64,000 nucleotides of DNA from Actinomycetota bacterium (GTDB taxonomy: Bacteria; Actinomycetota; Acidimicrobiia; Acidimicrobiales; AC-14). Positions 48,694-57,785 of this stretch are shown in pieces. Under the pieces are notes generated by a model that worked only from the letters and a program-made list of their open reading frames with translations, was not told the origin of the DNA and made no database searches. The position numbers were made by a program, and so were the translations under genes. Location: the NCBI GenBank assembly GCA_034669165.1, contig JAXDOC010000014.1, positions 41,110-105,109 of the forward strand. Reading direction: 5' to 3'. How positions within the stretch are numbered: the first letter of the stretch is position 1; every line of letters starts with the position of its first letter.

Positions 48694-48725
48694 CTCGCCC
48701 GACCACTTTTTGGAGGAGAACCCCG

Positions 48726-49106
48726 ATGAATGAAGCAACTGGTCTTACCGACGCCGAGCTCGAGTCCCAGGACGTCACCGCCGTTCCCGACCGGGAGGCG
48801 ATGTCGGTGCTGGACGCCCTCGACCCGGCGGCACTGCTGGGGACGTCGCTGCTCAACGTCGACGTCGACCTCAACCTCGACGCCGACGTGGCTGCGCCCA
48901 TCGACGCCGCCATCGCCGCCAACGCCAACGTGGCCGCACCGATCGACGCCGCCGTGAGCGCCAACGTCCTGTCCGTCGACTCCGACGCGGCCGCCCTGGC
49001 CGACCAGGACTCGCTCATCGCCCAAGACCTCGACGGCACCGCCATCGCCACCGCCATCCAGGACGCCGGCATCGACCAGGGCGGCGCCAGCGCCGCCGCC
49101 GGCTGA
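48726..49106 (+). CDS. Small acidic repeat peptide, paralog 3
   Basis: GGAGGAG lies upstream. The sequence is MNEATGLTDAELESQDVTAVPDREAMS-VLDALDPAALLGTSLLNVDVDLNLDADVAAPIDAAIAANANVAAPIDAAVSANVLSVDSDAAALADQDSLIAQDLDGTAIATAIQDAGIDQGGASAAAG. Confidence 0.7.
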   Translation: MNEATGLTDAELESQDVTAVPDREAMSVLDALDPAALLGTSLLNVDVDLNLDADVAAPIDAAIAANANVAAPIDAAVSANVLSVDSDAAALADQDSLIAQDLDGTAIATAIQDAGIDQGGASAAAG

Positions 49107-49147
49107 GCTGACGGTCGCTCCGTACCTCCGCCTCCCGGACCCTGACG

Positions 49148-50896
49148 ATGACGCAGCAGATGGACGAGACGGTCCGCATCGCCCGGGCACCCGGGAGGCA
49201 CGGCGACCGGAAGCCGGCCCGTGAACGGCCCCCCCGTCGTGGAGACGGTCGCGAGACCGATGCCAGCGTTCCCCAGCTGGCCAGCGGGGTCGAGCTCATC
49301 GGCGAGTACGAGGCATCGGGCTACAAGGAAGCCCCCTGCCTCGTGCGCCGGGCCGACGGCCAGACGATCCAGCTGACCCCCCTGCTCTACGCGACCCTCG
49401 AGCAGATCGACGGCCAGCGCGACGTGTCCCAGATCTCCACCGCCCTGGGCGAGCGCCTGGACCGGCCGGTGAGCGCCGACAACGTGCGCTACCTGGTGCA
49501 CGAGAAGCTGCGCCCGGCGGGCGTGGTCAAGGACCGCGACGGGCGCGACCCCGAGGTGCAGAAGGCCAATCCCCTGCTCGCCCTCCGCCTGCGCCTCCAG
49601 ATCACCGGCGAGCAGGCGACGAACCGCCTCACCGCGCCCTTCGCCATCCTGTTCCGGCCGTGGGTGGTCGTGCCGGTGGTGGCCGGATTCGTGGCGGTGG
49701 TGGCGTGGGTGATCGGTTCTCGGGGCGTGGGGGCCGGCGCCCGCCAGCTCCTCTACTCGCCGGGCCTGATGCTGCTCACGTTCGCCCTCACGATCCTTTC
49801 CGCCTCGTTCCACGAGTTCGGCCACGCCGCCGCCTGCCGCTACTCGGGCGGACGACCGGGGGCGATGGGCTGCGGCCTCTACCTGGTGTGGCCCGCCTTC
49901 TACACCGACGTCACCGACGCCTACCGCCTCGACCGCCGGGGCCGCCTGCGCACCGACCTGGGCGGCCTCTACTTCAACGCCATCTTCGCCCTCGCCACCT
50001 TCGGCGTGTGGGCCCTCACCGGCGTCGAGGCCCTCCTGCTGCTCATCCCATTGCAGGTGCTGCAGATGGTGCACCAGCTGCTGCCGTTCATCCGCATGGA
50101 CGGCTACCACATCCTCTCCGACCTGGTCGGGGTGCCCGACCTGTTCGCCCGCATCAAGCCCACGCTCCTCGGCTTCGTGCCCGGCCGCCGCCACCAGGAG
50201 AAGGCGGCGGTGCTGAAGCCCTGGGTGCGGGTGGTCGTCGCCCTGTGGGTGCTCACGGTCGTGCCCCTGCTGCTCTTCAGCCTGCTGACGGTCGTGATCT
50301 CGGCCCCCCGCATGGTCGCCACCGCGTGGGACTCGATCGGCCTCCAGTGGCGGGTCGTCCGCATCGCCTTCGACACCCACAAGTGGCTGACCGTGCTCGT
50401 CGGCGGGCTGGGCGTGATCGCCCTCGCCCTCCCCGTCCTCGGCTCGGGCTACGCGGTGGGCCGGTTCGGCCGCCGGGCCGGCTCGTGGGGATGGTCGCAG
50501 GCGGGGGAGATCCGTTTCGGCCGACCGATGATGGCGCTGCTGACGGTGGGTCTGGCCGGCGCGCTGGCGTTCACCTGGTGGCCCAACGGCGAATATCGCC
50601 CGATCCAGCCCGGCGAACGGGGCACCGTCACCGACGCCGTCGCCGCCGTGTCCGACGTGGGCACGGGTCGGCCCGGCCTCACCCCGGAGACGGAGGCCGA
50701 ACTCGACGGTGCCCCCAGTCAGGCGTGGAACCTGAGCCAGGGCCCGACCGAGGAGGCGCCCCCGCCGGAGGAGGTCGTCGACGACCCGCTGACGCCCGCC
50801 GGCGACCAGTCCCCGACCCCCACCACCACCATCGCCGGCTCCGGCGACGACGAGCCGTCCTCCAACTCTGTCCCGCCGACCACCACGGCCGGCTAA
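49148..50896 (+). CDS. M50/site-2-protease-family membrane metalloprotease with an N-terminal PqqD/RRE-like domain and a Pro/Thr-rich tail
   Basis: HEFGH and the second S2P motif LLPFIRMDGYHILSD lie in TM helices. The N-terminal soluble segment is QLTPLLYATLEQIDGQRDVSQISTALGERLDRPVSADNVRYLVHEKLRPAGVV. Confidence 0.8.
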   Translation: MTQQMDETVRIARAPGRHGDRKPARERPPRRGDGRETDASVPQLASGVELIGEYEASGYKEAPCLVRRADGQTIQLTPLLYATLEQIDGQRDVSQISTALGERLDRPVSADNVRYLVHEKLRPAGVVKDRDGRDPEVQKANPLLALRLRLQITGEQATNRLTAPFAILFRPWVVVPVVAGFVAVVAWVIGSRGVGAGARQLLYSPGLMLLTFALTILSASFHEFGHAAACRYSGGRPGAMGCGLYLVWPAFYTDVTDAYRLDRRGRLRTDLGGLYFNAIFALATFGVWALTGVEALLLLIPLQVLQMVHQLLPFIRMDGYHILSDLVGVPDLFARIKPTLLGFVPGRRHQEKAAVLKPWVRVVVALWVLTVVPLLLFSLLTVVISAPRMVATAWDSIGLQWRVVRIAFDTHKWLTVLVGGLGVIALALPVLGSGYAVGRFGRRAGSWGWSQAGEIRFGRPMMALLTVGLAGALAFTWWPNGEYRPIQPGERGTVTDAVAAVSDVGTGRPGLTPETEAELDGAPSQAWNLSQGPTEEAPPPEEVVDDPLTPAGDQSPTPTTTIAGSGDDEPSSNSVPPTTTAG

Positions 50897-50919
50897 CCAC
50901 CAGCGTGATCACCAAGGAG

Positions 50920-51504
50920 ATGCCGATGAACCGCTTGGTCCGCAACCTTGTCAGCATCGTCGTCGCCGCCGGCGTCGTGCTCGCCCCCACCGCCGCCGGT
51001 GCCAGGGACGAGAACGTCGTGTACGCCGTGAACCGCACCGACGGCAGCGCTCTGGTGCGGGCGAGCGTCGACTACCGGAAGGTGAACAACGGCAAGGTCG
51101 AGGAGGAGAACCGGGCCTACGCGGTGGCCCAGTGCGTCGGCTGCCGCACCCTCGCCGCCGCCTTCCAACTGGTCCTCGTCACCAAGCCGCCGACGATCCT
51201 CGCCCCCCAGAACGAGGCCGTCGCCGTCAACAACGAGTGCGACACGTGCGTGACCTGGGCCTCGGCCAAGCAGATCGTCGTCGAGACGGGCGGGAAGGCG
51301 GAGCTGACGAAGTCCGGCCGGGACCGGTTGGAAGGGGTCGAGAACGGCCTGGAGTCCCTGCAAGAGGGGATGATGGACAAGAGCCTCGAGCAGCTGTCCG
51401 CCGAGATCGACTTCTGGTTCGCCGAGTTCCTCGACGTCGCCCAGACCGAGATCGAGCGCACCGACGGCGGCCACAACGACGCCCGGGTGATCGCCAGCCG
51501 GTAA
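50920..51504 (+). CDS. Secreted protein with two CxxC motifs (hypothetical)
   Basis: AAGGAG lies before the ATG at 50920. Signal peptide MPMNRLVRNLVSIVVAAGVVLAPTAAGA. CVGC and CDTC motifs are present. Confidence 0.65.
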   Translation: MPMNRLVRNLVSIVVAAGVVLAPTAAGARDENVVYAVNRTDGSALVRASVDYRKVNNGKVEEENRAYAVAQCVGCRTLAAAFQLVLVTKPPTILAPQNEAVAVNNECDTCVTWASAKQIVVETGGKAELTKSGRDRLEGVENGLESLQEGMMDKSLEQLSAEIDFWFAEFLDVAQTEIERTDGGHNDARVIASR

Positions 51505-51508
51505 ACGC

Positions 51509-52084
51509 CTAGGACGCGCCCACCGGCTCGATGCCGAGGTCGCGGTAGGTCAGCAGGGCGCGGAACGGCACCCCGAGCTCGGCGAAGATGGCGGCGGTGG
51601 CCGGTCCCCGGTCGACCATCGCCGTCACCCCCACCACCTCGGCCCCGGTTTCCCGGACGGCGTGGTAGGCGTCGAGCACCGACCCGCCCCGGGTGACCAC
51701 GTCGTCGACCACGAGCACCCGCACGCCCGGGCCCAACGTGGCCCCCTCGACCCGGCGCTTGGTCCCCCGCTCCTTGGCCGCCTTGCGCACCACGAACCAG
51801 GCCCGGTCGGCGACCATGGCCACCGCGTGGGAGAAGTGGTCGGCGCCGAGGGTGAGCCCACCCACGGCGTCGAAGTACCACCCCTCCTCGGCCGCCATCT
51901 GGACCAGTGCCTCACCGGCCAGGCGCAGGTCGGCCCCGCGGGCGAAGGCGCGCTTGTTGTCGATGAAGTCCCGGCTCCAGTCGCCCGAGGCCAGCTGCAC
52001 CGGCTCGTCGAGCTGGAGGTGCCCCTTGGCCAGGATGATCTCGACGAGGGCCTGTCGGACCTCGGCGAGGGGGCGGGGCGGCAT
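51509..52084 (-). CDS. pyrE: Orotate phosphoribosyltransferase
   Basis: 191 aa. The PRPP-binding motif VLVVDDVVTRGGS and the overall PyrE-like layout are present. Confidence 0.8.
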   Translation of the reverse strand: MPPRPLAEVRQALVEIILAKGHLQLDEPVQLASGDWSRDFIDNKRAFARGADLRLAGEALVQMAAEEGWYFDAVGGLTLGADHFSHAVAMVADRAWFVVRKAAKERGTKRRVEGATLGPGVRVLVVDDVVTRGGSVLDAYHAVRETGAEVVGVTAMVDRGPATAAIFAELGVPFRALLTYRDLGIEPVGAS

Positions 52085-52182
52085 CTCCGCCGAATACTAC
52101 GATCCGACTCGAGGACCCGCCGGGCGAAAGGGGGTGCGGCACGAGCGAGCAGCCCGGTCCGGCGGCGGACGGACCCCAACGT

Positions 52183-55100
52183 GTGCGCATCCCCGCCGTC
52201 GTCGGCCAGCGGGCCGCCGGCCTGGTGGGCCGGGTGTGGGCCCTGCGGCAGGTGGCGGAGTGGCTCGACGCCGGCGCGGAGCGGCTGTTCCTGCTCACCG
52301 GCGAGCCGGGGGCGGGCAAGTCGGTGCTGGCCGCCTGGCTGGCGGGGGCGGGTCCGGCGCCCGCCGAGCCTGACGCGGCCGCCGCCCTCGAGCGGGTGCG
52401 GGCGTCCTGGTCGGCCGGCTGCTTCTGCATGACCCGGGGCCAGGACGGGGCCGACATCACCCCCGCCTGGTTCGTCACCAGCCTGGTCAAGCAGCTCTCC
52501 GCCCGTCACCCGGCCTTCGCCGACGCCTTCCTGCGGGTCAACGCCCCCGAGCTCATCCACCAGGAGGTCGGGGCCAACCAGGGCACCGTCGTCGGCCACA
52601 TCGGCGACCTCGACGTGAAGCTCCCCGACGCCGGCGACCGCTACGCCCAGGGCGTGGTCGAGCCGCTGCGGGCCATGGCCGAGGCCCATCCCGACCAGAC
52701 CTTCGCCATCCTGGTCGACGGCGTCGACGAGGCGTTCGTGGGCCCCGAGCCCACGGTGTTGTCGCTCCTGGCCCGGTCGGGGAGCCTGCCCGCCAACGTC
52801 CGCTTCTTCGTCACCAGCCGCTACGAGCGCAGCCTGGTGACCCAGCTGCAGGACGGGTTCGGGGGCGACGTCCGCCACCTCGACCTGTCCTCCGGCGACG
52901 GGGCCGCCCGCAACGAGGAGGACGTCCGCCTGTTCGTCCGGGCCCGGCTGGCGACGGTCGACCCGGCCGCGTCCGACGCCGTGGTCGAGCAGCTGGCCCA
53001 GCAGGCGGCGGGCAACTTCCTCTTCATCGACTTCCTCCTCGACGAGCTGGCCAAGGGCACCCGCACGCTCACAGACACCGCCGAGCTGCCCACCGGCCTG
53101 TTCGACCTCTACCGCCAGTACCTGCAGCGCATCGTCCCCGGGTTCGCAGAGCGGGAGCGGGGACCGGAGTGGGGCGACCACTACCAGCCGCTCCTGGGCA
53201 GCATCAGCGTGGCCCTGCCCGCCGCCCCCGCCGACCACCTCCTGCGCTGGCTGGAATGGGACGACGACGACCTCAGCCGCTTCCTCCAGACGGTCGAGCA
53301 GGTCACCGAGTGGGAGCCGGCCGCCGACGCAGCCGTGGGGGAGGGCGGCGCGGGTGGCGCCGGCGGATGGCGCCTCTACCACCGCTCCCTGGCCGACTTC
53401 CTGGGCACCCGCTACCTCGACGACCGGGGCTCCGACAACCGCTTCTACGTGGCCCCGCCCAAGCAGCACGACCGCATCGTCCGCCACTACCAGAAGGCCC
53501 GGGCCGACCTGTGGGGCGGCGACTGGGCCAACTGCGACGACGGTTACTGCCTGCGCAACCTCGTCCGCCACCTGGCGGCCAGCCTGCCCGCCCTGGAGAA
53601 GCCGGCCGACAAGGCCGCCCGCACCGGCGAGCTGTTCGACGTGGTCCTCGACCCCGGTTTCCGCGCCCGCCAGCGGGAGGTCCCGGGGGGGCCGGCGGCG
53701 ATGTACGACGACGTCCGCACCGCCATCGAGCTGGGCCTCGCCGCCCCAACGGCGGGAGGCGACGACCGGCTGGTTGGGCTGGTCGAGACCATGGCGGTGG
53801 CGCCCGAGGTCGAGCTGCGGGGCCTGGCCGCGGAGGCGCTGGTGCGGCTGGCGGCGCGGGACGCGGCCGACGGAACCCGCCGGGCCCTCGACACCATGGT
53901 CGAGCTGCTGGCCACCGACTCGGCCGACGCCTGGAACGTGGTCCTCAAGACCGCCGCCTCCCTGCCCGGGCCCGGCGGCCTCGACGTCTTCCGCCGGGCC
54001 GCGGCCGACGAGCGAGAGGCCCTGCGCCAGGCGGCCGGCCTGTACGCCTACCTCCAGTGGCGGCCCGACGACCCCAACTGCCTGCCCGTCCGGCTCTACG
54101 CCGACCTGGTGCCGACGGTGACCATCACCGGGCAGATCCTCCACCAGAAGGATCGCCTGGTGCTCGACTTCCTCGCCGGCCTGTCGATCATGGTCTACGT
54201 CAACCACCCCGACCGGCCCGAGGTCGTCGACCAGACCGCCACCCTCTTCTACGAGCTGCTCAAGAACCGGCTCAAGCTCCACCTGCTCAACCTGAAGGCG
54301 TTCGTCAAGATCGCCACCCCGGTGGTGGCCCAGGTGTACTCCAAGCGCCTGCTCGACGCGGCCCTGTTCAGCGGGTTCCAGGACGCGGGCGAGTTCTTCG
54401 CCGCCGACCGGAAGGCCATCGAGCGGGTGGTCCCCCTCGTCGACCCGGCCACCGACATCCTCTCCCGGGGCGACGACCTGGCCGCCCTCCTCCAGTCGCC
54501 CCTCGCCCTGTCGCGGATGGTGGGCTCGATGGTGCTGGCCATCCACGCCTTCCACGACCCGGCCGGCACCGATCCGTTCGTCCGGGACCTGTTCGGGCGC
54601 CTCGACGACACCGGCCGGCGGTGGACGCTGTGGGCCTACGCGGTGCTGATCGAGAAGGCGCCCCCGGCGTGGACGCCGCTGCTGGAGGACCTCACCCGCC
54701 AGTTCGTGGCGGAGAACCGGGCCGCCTTCCTGTCCGCCGACGGCGGCACCCGGGTGCCGTTCGACATCGACCTGCTCCCCCTGGGCCTGGCCTACGGCAA
54801 GCAGGGCGGCCCCCTGACCTACTTCGAGACGCTCCTGGCCGGCGCCGACGCCACCATGCTCCCCCGCGTGATCCGGGGCCTGGCCGCGGTCGGGTTTTAC
54901 CAGCCCCAGGCGGTGCTGCAGACCCTGCGCACGTCGGTGCCGAACCTGCTCGATCCGGCCCTGGAGGACAGCTTGGCCACCACCCTGGCCACCATCCGGG
55001 TGCTCCACGCCGACACCGTCGACCTGTTCCTGCGTGACGTCGGCGCTCCCGACCGGCTCCGGCAGCTGGTGGCGGAGCGGGGCGACATCGAGCTGGTCCG

Positions 55101-55305
55101 CCGCTACATCGTGTGGATGGGCTTCTACAACAACGGGGTCCACCAGGCCCTTTTCCACCCCAAGATGCGGGTCGGCCTGCTGGCGGTGATCCTCGATGCC
55201 CTGGCCACGGCCAAGAACGACAAGGCCTTCGTCCGCCAGATCACGCCCGGGCCCATGAACCTGGCCCGGGAGGCCGACTACCACCTGGAGCGGTGGACCG
55301 AGTGA
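52183..55305 (+). CDS. NACHT-type STAND NTPase with a long C-terminal helical-repeat (sensor-like) region
   Basis: 1040 aa, GTG start. Walker A LTGEPGAGKSVL, Walker B FAILVDGVDE (the NACHT-typical DGxDE) and FFVTSRYE (the NACHT TSR motif) are present. About 700 aa of alpha-helical repeat-like sequence follow. Confidence 0.85.
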   Translation: MRIPAVVGQRAAGLVGRVWALRQVAEWLDAGAERLFLLTGEPGAGKSVLAAWLAGAGPAPAEPDAAAALERVRASWSAGCFCMTRGQDGADITPAWFVTSLVKQLSARHPAFADAFLRVNAPELIHQEVGANQGTVVGHIGDLDVKLPDAGDRYAQGVVEPLRAMAEAHPDQTFAILVDGVDEAFVGPEPTVLSLLARSGSLPANVRFFVTSRYERSLVTQLQDGFGGDVRHLDLSSGDGAARNEEDVRLFVRARLATVDPAASDAVVEQLAQQAAGNFLFIDFLLDELAKGTRTLTDTAELPTGLFDLYRQYLQRIVPGFAERERGPEWGDHYQPLLGSISVALPAAPADHLLRWLEWDDDDLSRFLQTVEQVTEWEPAADAAVGEGGAGGAGGWRLYHRSLADFLGTRYLDDRGSDNRFYVAPPKQHDRIVRHYQKARADLWGGDWANCDDGYCLRNLVRHLAASLPALEKPADKAARTGELFDVVLDPGFRARQREVPGGPAAMYDDVRTAIELGLAAPTAGGDDRLVGLVETMAVAPEVELRGLAAEALVRLAARDAADGTRRALDTMVELLATDSADAWNVVLKTAASLPGPGGLDVFRRAAADEREALRQAAGLYAYLQWRPDDPNCLPVRLYADLVPTVTITGQILHQKDRLVLDFLAGLSIMVYVNHPDRPEVVDQTATLFYELLKNRLKLHLLNLKAFVKIATPVVAQVYSKRLLDAALFSGFQDAGEFFAADRKAIERVVPLVDPATDILSRGDDLAALLQSPLALSRMVGSMVLAIHAFHDPAGTDPFVRDLFGRLDDTGRRWTLWAYAVLIEKAPPAWTPLLEDLTRQFVAENRAAFLSADGGTRVPFDIDLLPLGLAYGKQGGPLTYFETLLAGADATMLPRVIRGLAAVGFYQPQAVLQTLRTSVPNLLDPALEDSLATTLATIRVLHADTVDLFLRDVGAPDRLRQLVAERGDIELVRRYIVWMGFYNNGVHQALFHPKMRVGLLAVILDALATAKNDKAFVRQITPGPMNLAREADYHLERWTE

Positions 55306-56342
55306 CGACGTGGGCGCCGGTGGTCCGTCGTCACCGGCGGTTGCAGGCGGTGGGCCTGTTCGTCCGCCTGTCGGCGCTGGGGACCACGCTGGCGGTGGTC
55401 TTGCTGGGGGCGGCGTCGGTGTCGCCCGCCCTGCCGTGGGCGACGGCCGCCGTCCTCGTGATCGTGGCCGTCGGGTTCCACGTCTACTTCTTCGTGTCGA
55501 ACGACGTGATCGACCTTCCAGTGGACCGCCTCGAGCCCCGACGGGCGGTGAGCCCGCTGGTCCGGGGGACGATCAGCCGCGGCGCGGCGCTGGCCATCGC
55601 CCTGGGCGCGGTGCCGGTGACGCTGGCCGTGGCCGGCGCCGGGCCGGGAGGGGCGAGAGCGTGGTGGGCGCTGATCGTGTGCTTCGCCCTGATGACCGTC
55701 TACAACCTGCTCAACAAGCGGACGTCGGTGCCGTGGCTGCTCGACCTGGTCCAAGGCGTGGGGTGGGCCGCGTTCTTCCTCTACGGCGCCGCCACCCGCG
55801 GTTCGTGGACGCCACTCACCTGGTGGTCGGCCGCCTTCTGGGTCGGGTTCATGGTGCTGGCCAACGGCGTCCACGGAGCGCTGCGGGACGTGGCCAACGA
55901 CGCCCGCTGCGGTGCCCGCACCACCGCCATCGCCATGGGCGCGAGGGCCGACGCCGACGGGCGGGTTGTTCTCCCCCGCGGTGTGGTCGCCTACGCCTGG
56001 GCGCTGCACGTCGGGCTGGTGGCCATCGTCCTCGGGGCGTGGGCGTTCGGCGACCTCGGGTACGGCGCCGTGGCGCGGGGCGGGACGCTCGTCGCCGTCC
56101 TCGGGCTGGGGGCGACCGGGGCGTGGGCCCTGTCGGCCGCCGCGATCAGTGACGGCGACCCGGAGCCGCTGCGCCTGGCCGGCACCCTGCACCTCCTCCT
56201 GCTGATGGCGATGCCGGTGGTCCTGCTGCTCCCGTGGTTGGCGACCGGGTTCCGGCTGGTGGTCGTGGTCGGCTTCCTCGCCCCGTTGGCCGCCCTCGGC
56301 TGGCTGCCCGACACGGTCAGGTGGGTGCGCCGGTGCCGCTGA
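55302..56342 (+). CDS. UbiA-family prenyltransferase (integral membrane)
   Basis: 346 aa. The GTG at 55302 overlaps the NACHT stop (GTGA). Asp-rich motifs NDVIDLPVDR and RDVANDARCGARTTAI are present. About 8-9 TM helices. Confidence 0.8.
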   Translation: MTTWAPVVRRHRRLQAVGLFVRLSALGTTLAVVLLGAASVSPALPWATAAVLVIVAVGFHVYFFVSNDVIDLPVDRLEPRRAVSPLVRGTISRGAALAIALGAVPVTLAVAGAGPGGARAWWALIVCFALMTVYNLLNKRTSVPWLLDLVQGVGWAAFFLYGAATRGSWTPLTWWSAAFWVGFMVLANGVHGALRDVANDARCGARTTAIAMGARADADGRVVLPRGVVAYAWALHVGLVAIVLGAWAFGDLGYGAVARGGTLVAVLGLGATGAWALSAAAISDGDPEPLRLAGTLHLLLLMAMPVVLLLPWLATGFRLVVVVGFLAPLAALGWLPDTVRWVRRCR

Positions 56343-57757
56343 CCCGCTTCCGCGACCTCGTCCTCCTCGCCGACCAGGTGAAGGTGCGCGACGGGCGGCT
56401 GGCGTCGTTCGTGGTGCGCGTGTTCGAGTCGCCCGCCGGCGAGGGCGAGCAGGCGGAGCGGGTGAAAGTGCCGAGTGACCTGGACGTTCGCGTCGGTTGG
56501 CTCGACCGGCGCCAGATCGACGCCGACCTGGGGGCCCAGATCGAGCTCGGTACGATCCTCGGTCTCCTCCTCCTTCCGCCCTACGCCCGGGGGCTCTTCC
56601 AGGCCAGCCTGGCTGTGCCGGCGAACGACGAGGGGCTCCGGGTCCGGCTGCGGCTCGACCCCGCCCTGGCCGATGTCCCGTGGGAGCTGGCCTGGGTGGC
56701 CCGTCACCAAGGGGAGCCGACGGCGGCCGGGTTCCTCGCCCTCGACCCCCGGATCTCGATCGTCCGCCACGAAGCGGTGGCCACGCCGGTCCCCTCCGTC
56801 TCGGCCGAAGTCGCTGGGCGGCGGGTCGTCGTGGCGTTGGCCAGTCCCGACGGCTACCCGCCGTTGCCGTCACTGGCCGCCGAGCGGGAGGCGCTGTCCG
56901 AGGCCCTCGACGGCGTGGCCGGGGTGACGGCCACGTTCGTCGACGACGCCACCCCGGCGTCCGTCCTCGACGCCCTGTCCGCCGGCGCCGACATCTTCCA
57001 CTTCTCCGGTCACGGCACGGCCGACGGGGGCGTCGTGCTGGCCGGCGCCGACGGCACCGCGCAGGTGGTGCCGGCCGACCGCCTGGCCGAGATGGTCCAG
57101 GCCAAGGGCGTGCGCCTGGCCGTGCTCGGCGCCTGCGACACCGGCCGCCGGGACGACCACAACGTGTGGGGGGGCGTGGCCGCGGCCCTCGTGGAGCGGG
57201 GCGTGCCCGCGGTGGTGGCCATGCAGTTCACCATTGGCGACCGGAAGGCGGCCGCCTTCGCCAGCGCCCTCTACCGGGCTCTGGTGGCGGGCCTCACCGT
57301 CGACGAGGCCGTCGCCCTCGGCCGCACCGCCATCCGCACCGTCTCCACCGATGCCCAGGCTGACGTCCGCGACTGGGCCGTCCCCGTCCTCTACCTGCGG
57401 GATCACGGCGGGCGGGTGTTCGAGCCGGTGTCGTCGGCCGCCGCCCGGGCCGAGGCCGAGGCCGGGTCCGCCCACCTCTACCAGCAGCGGGTGGGGACGG
57501 TCTCCGCCGGCGGCCTGGTGCTCGGCGCGCTCCTGGGAGCCGGGTCCACCGAGAGGGTGGAGATCGACCAGGACGCGGAGCGGGTCGACGGACGGTTGAT
57601 CGGCGTCGTCGGCCCCGGCGAGGGCAGCGTCCACGTCGACCAGGACGTCGAGGTGGTCGGCGAGGGGGGACTCGTCCTCGGCGGGGCCACCTCCCCCGAG
57701 GACGCGGCCCGAGCCATGGAGCTGCTCCGGGGCGTCCCGCCAAAGGACGACGGTTGA
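56333..57757 (+). CDS. CHAT-domain (caspase-like) protease
   Basis: 474 aa. The GTG at 56333 overlaps the UbiA gene by 10 nt. ...LADVPWELAW..., the catalytic His (IFHFSGHG) and Cys (LAVLGACDTG), and AVVAMQFTI are present. Confidence 0.85.
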   Translation: MPLTRFRDLVLLADQVKVRDGRLASFVVRVFESPAGEGEQAERVKVPSDLDVRVGWLDRRQIDADLGAQIELGTILGLLLLPPYARGLFQASLAVPANDEGLRVRLRLDPALADVPWELAWVARHQGEPTAAGFLALDPRISIVRHEAVATPVPSVSAEVAGRRVVVALASPDGYPPLPSLAAEREALSEALDGVAGVTATFVDDATPASVLDALSAGADIFHFSGHGTADGGVVLAGADGTAQVVPADRLAEMVQAKGVRLAVLGACDTGRRDDHNVWGGVAAALVERGVPAVVAMQFTIGDRKAAAFASALYRALVAGLTVDEAVALGRTAIRTVSTDAQADVRDWAVPVLYLRDHGGRVFEPVSSAAARAEAEAGSAHLYQQRVGTVSAGGLVLGALLGAGSTERVEIDQDAERVDGRLIGVVGPGEGSVHVDQDVEVVGEGGLVLGGATSPEDAARAMELLRGVPPKDDG

Positions 57758-57785
57758 CCGTACGATCGATGGGCAGGAGGTAGCC

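Noticed and set aside
52143-52172. Hairpin GGTCCG-N8-CGGACC just upstream of the NACHT start
   Set aside because: A short 6-bp stem in GC-rich DNA is expected by chance. It has no U-tract and no conserved context that I can assess.
51625-55284. 1219-aa minus-strand ORF antisense to the pyrE/NACHT region
   Set aside because: Its composition is low-complexity (Gly/Arg/Pro/Val-rich) with no motifs. The plus-strand NACHT gene and the minus-strand pyrE in other frames explain the region.
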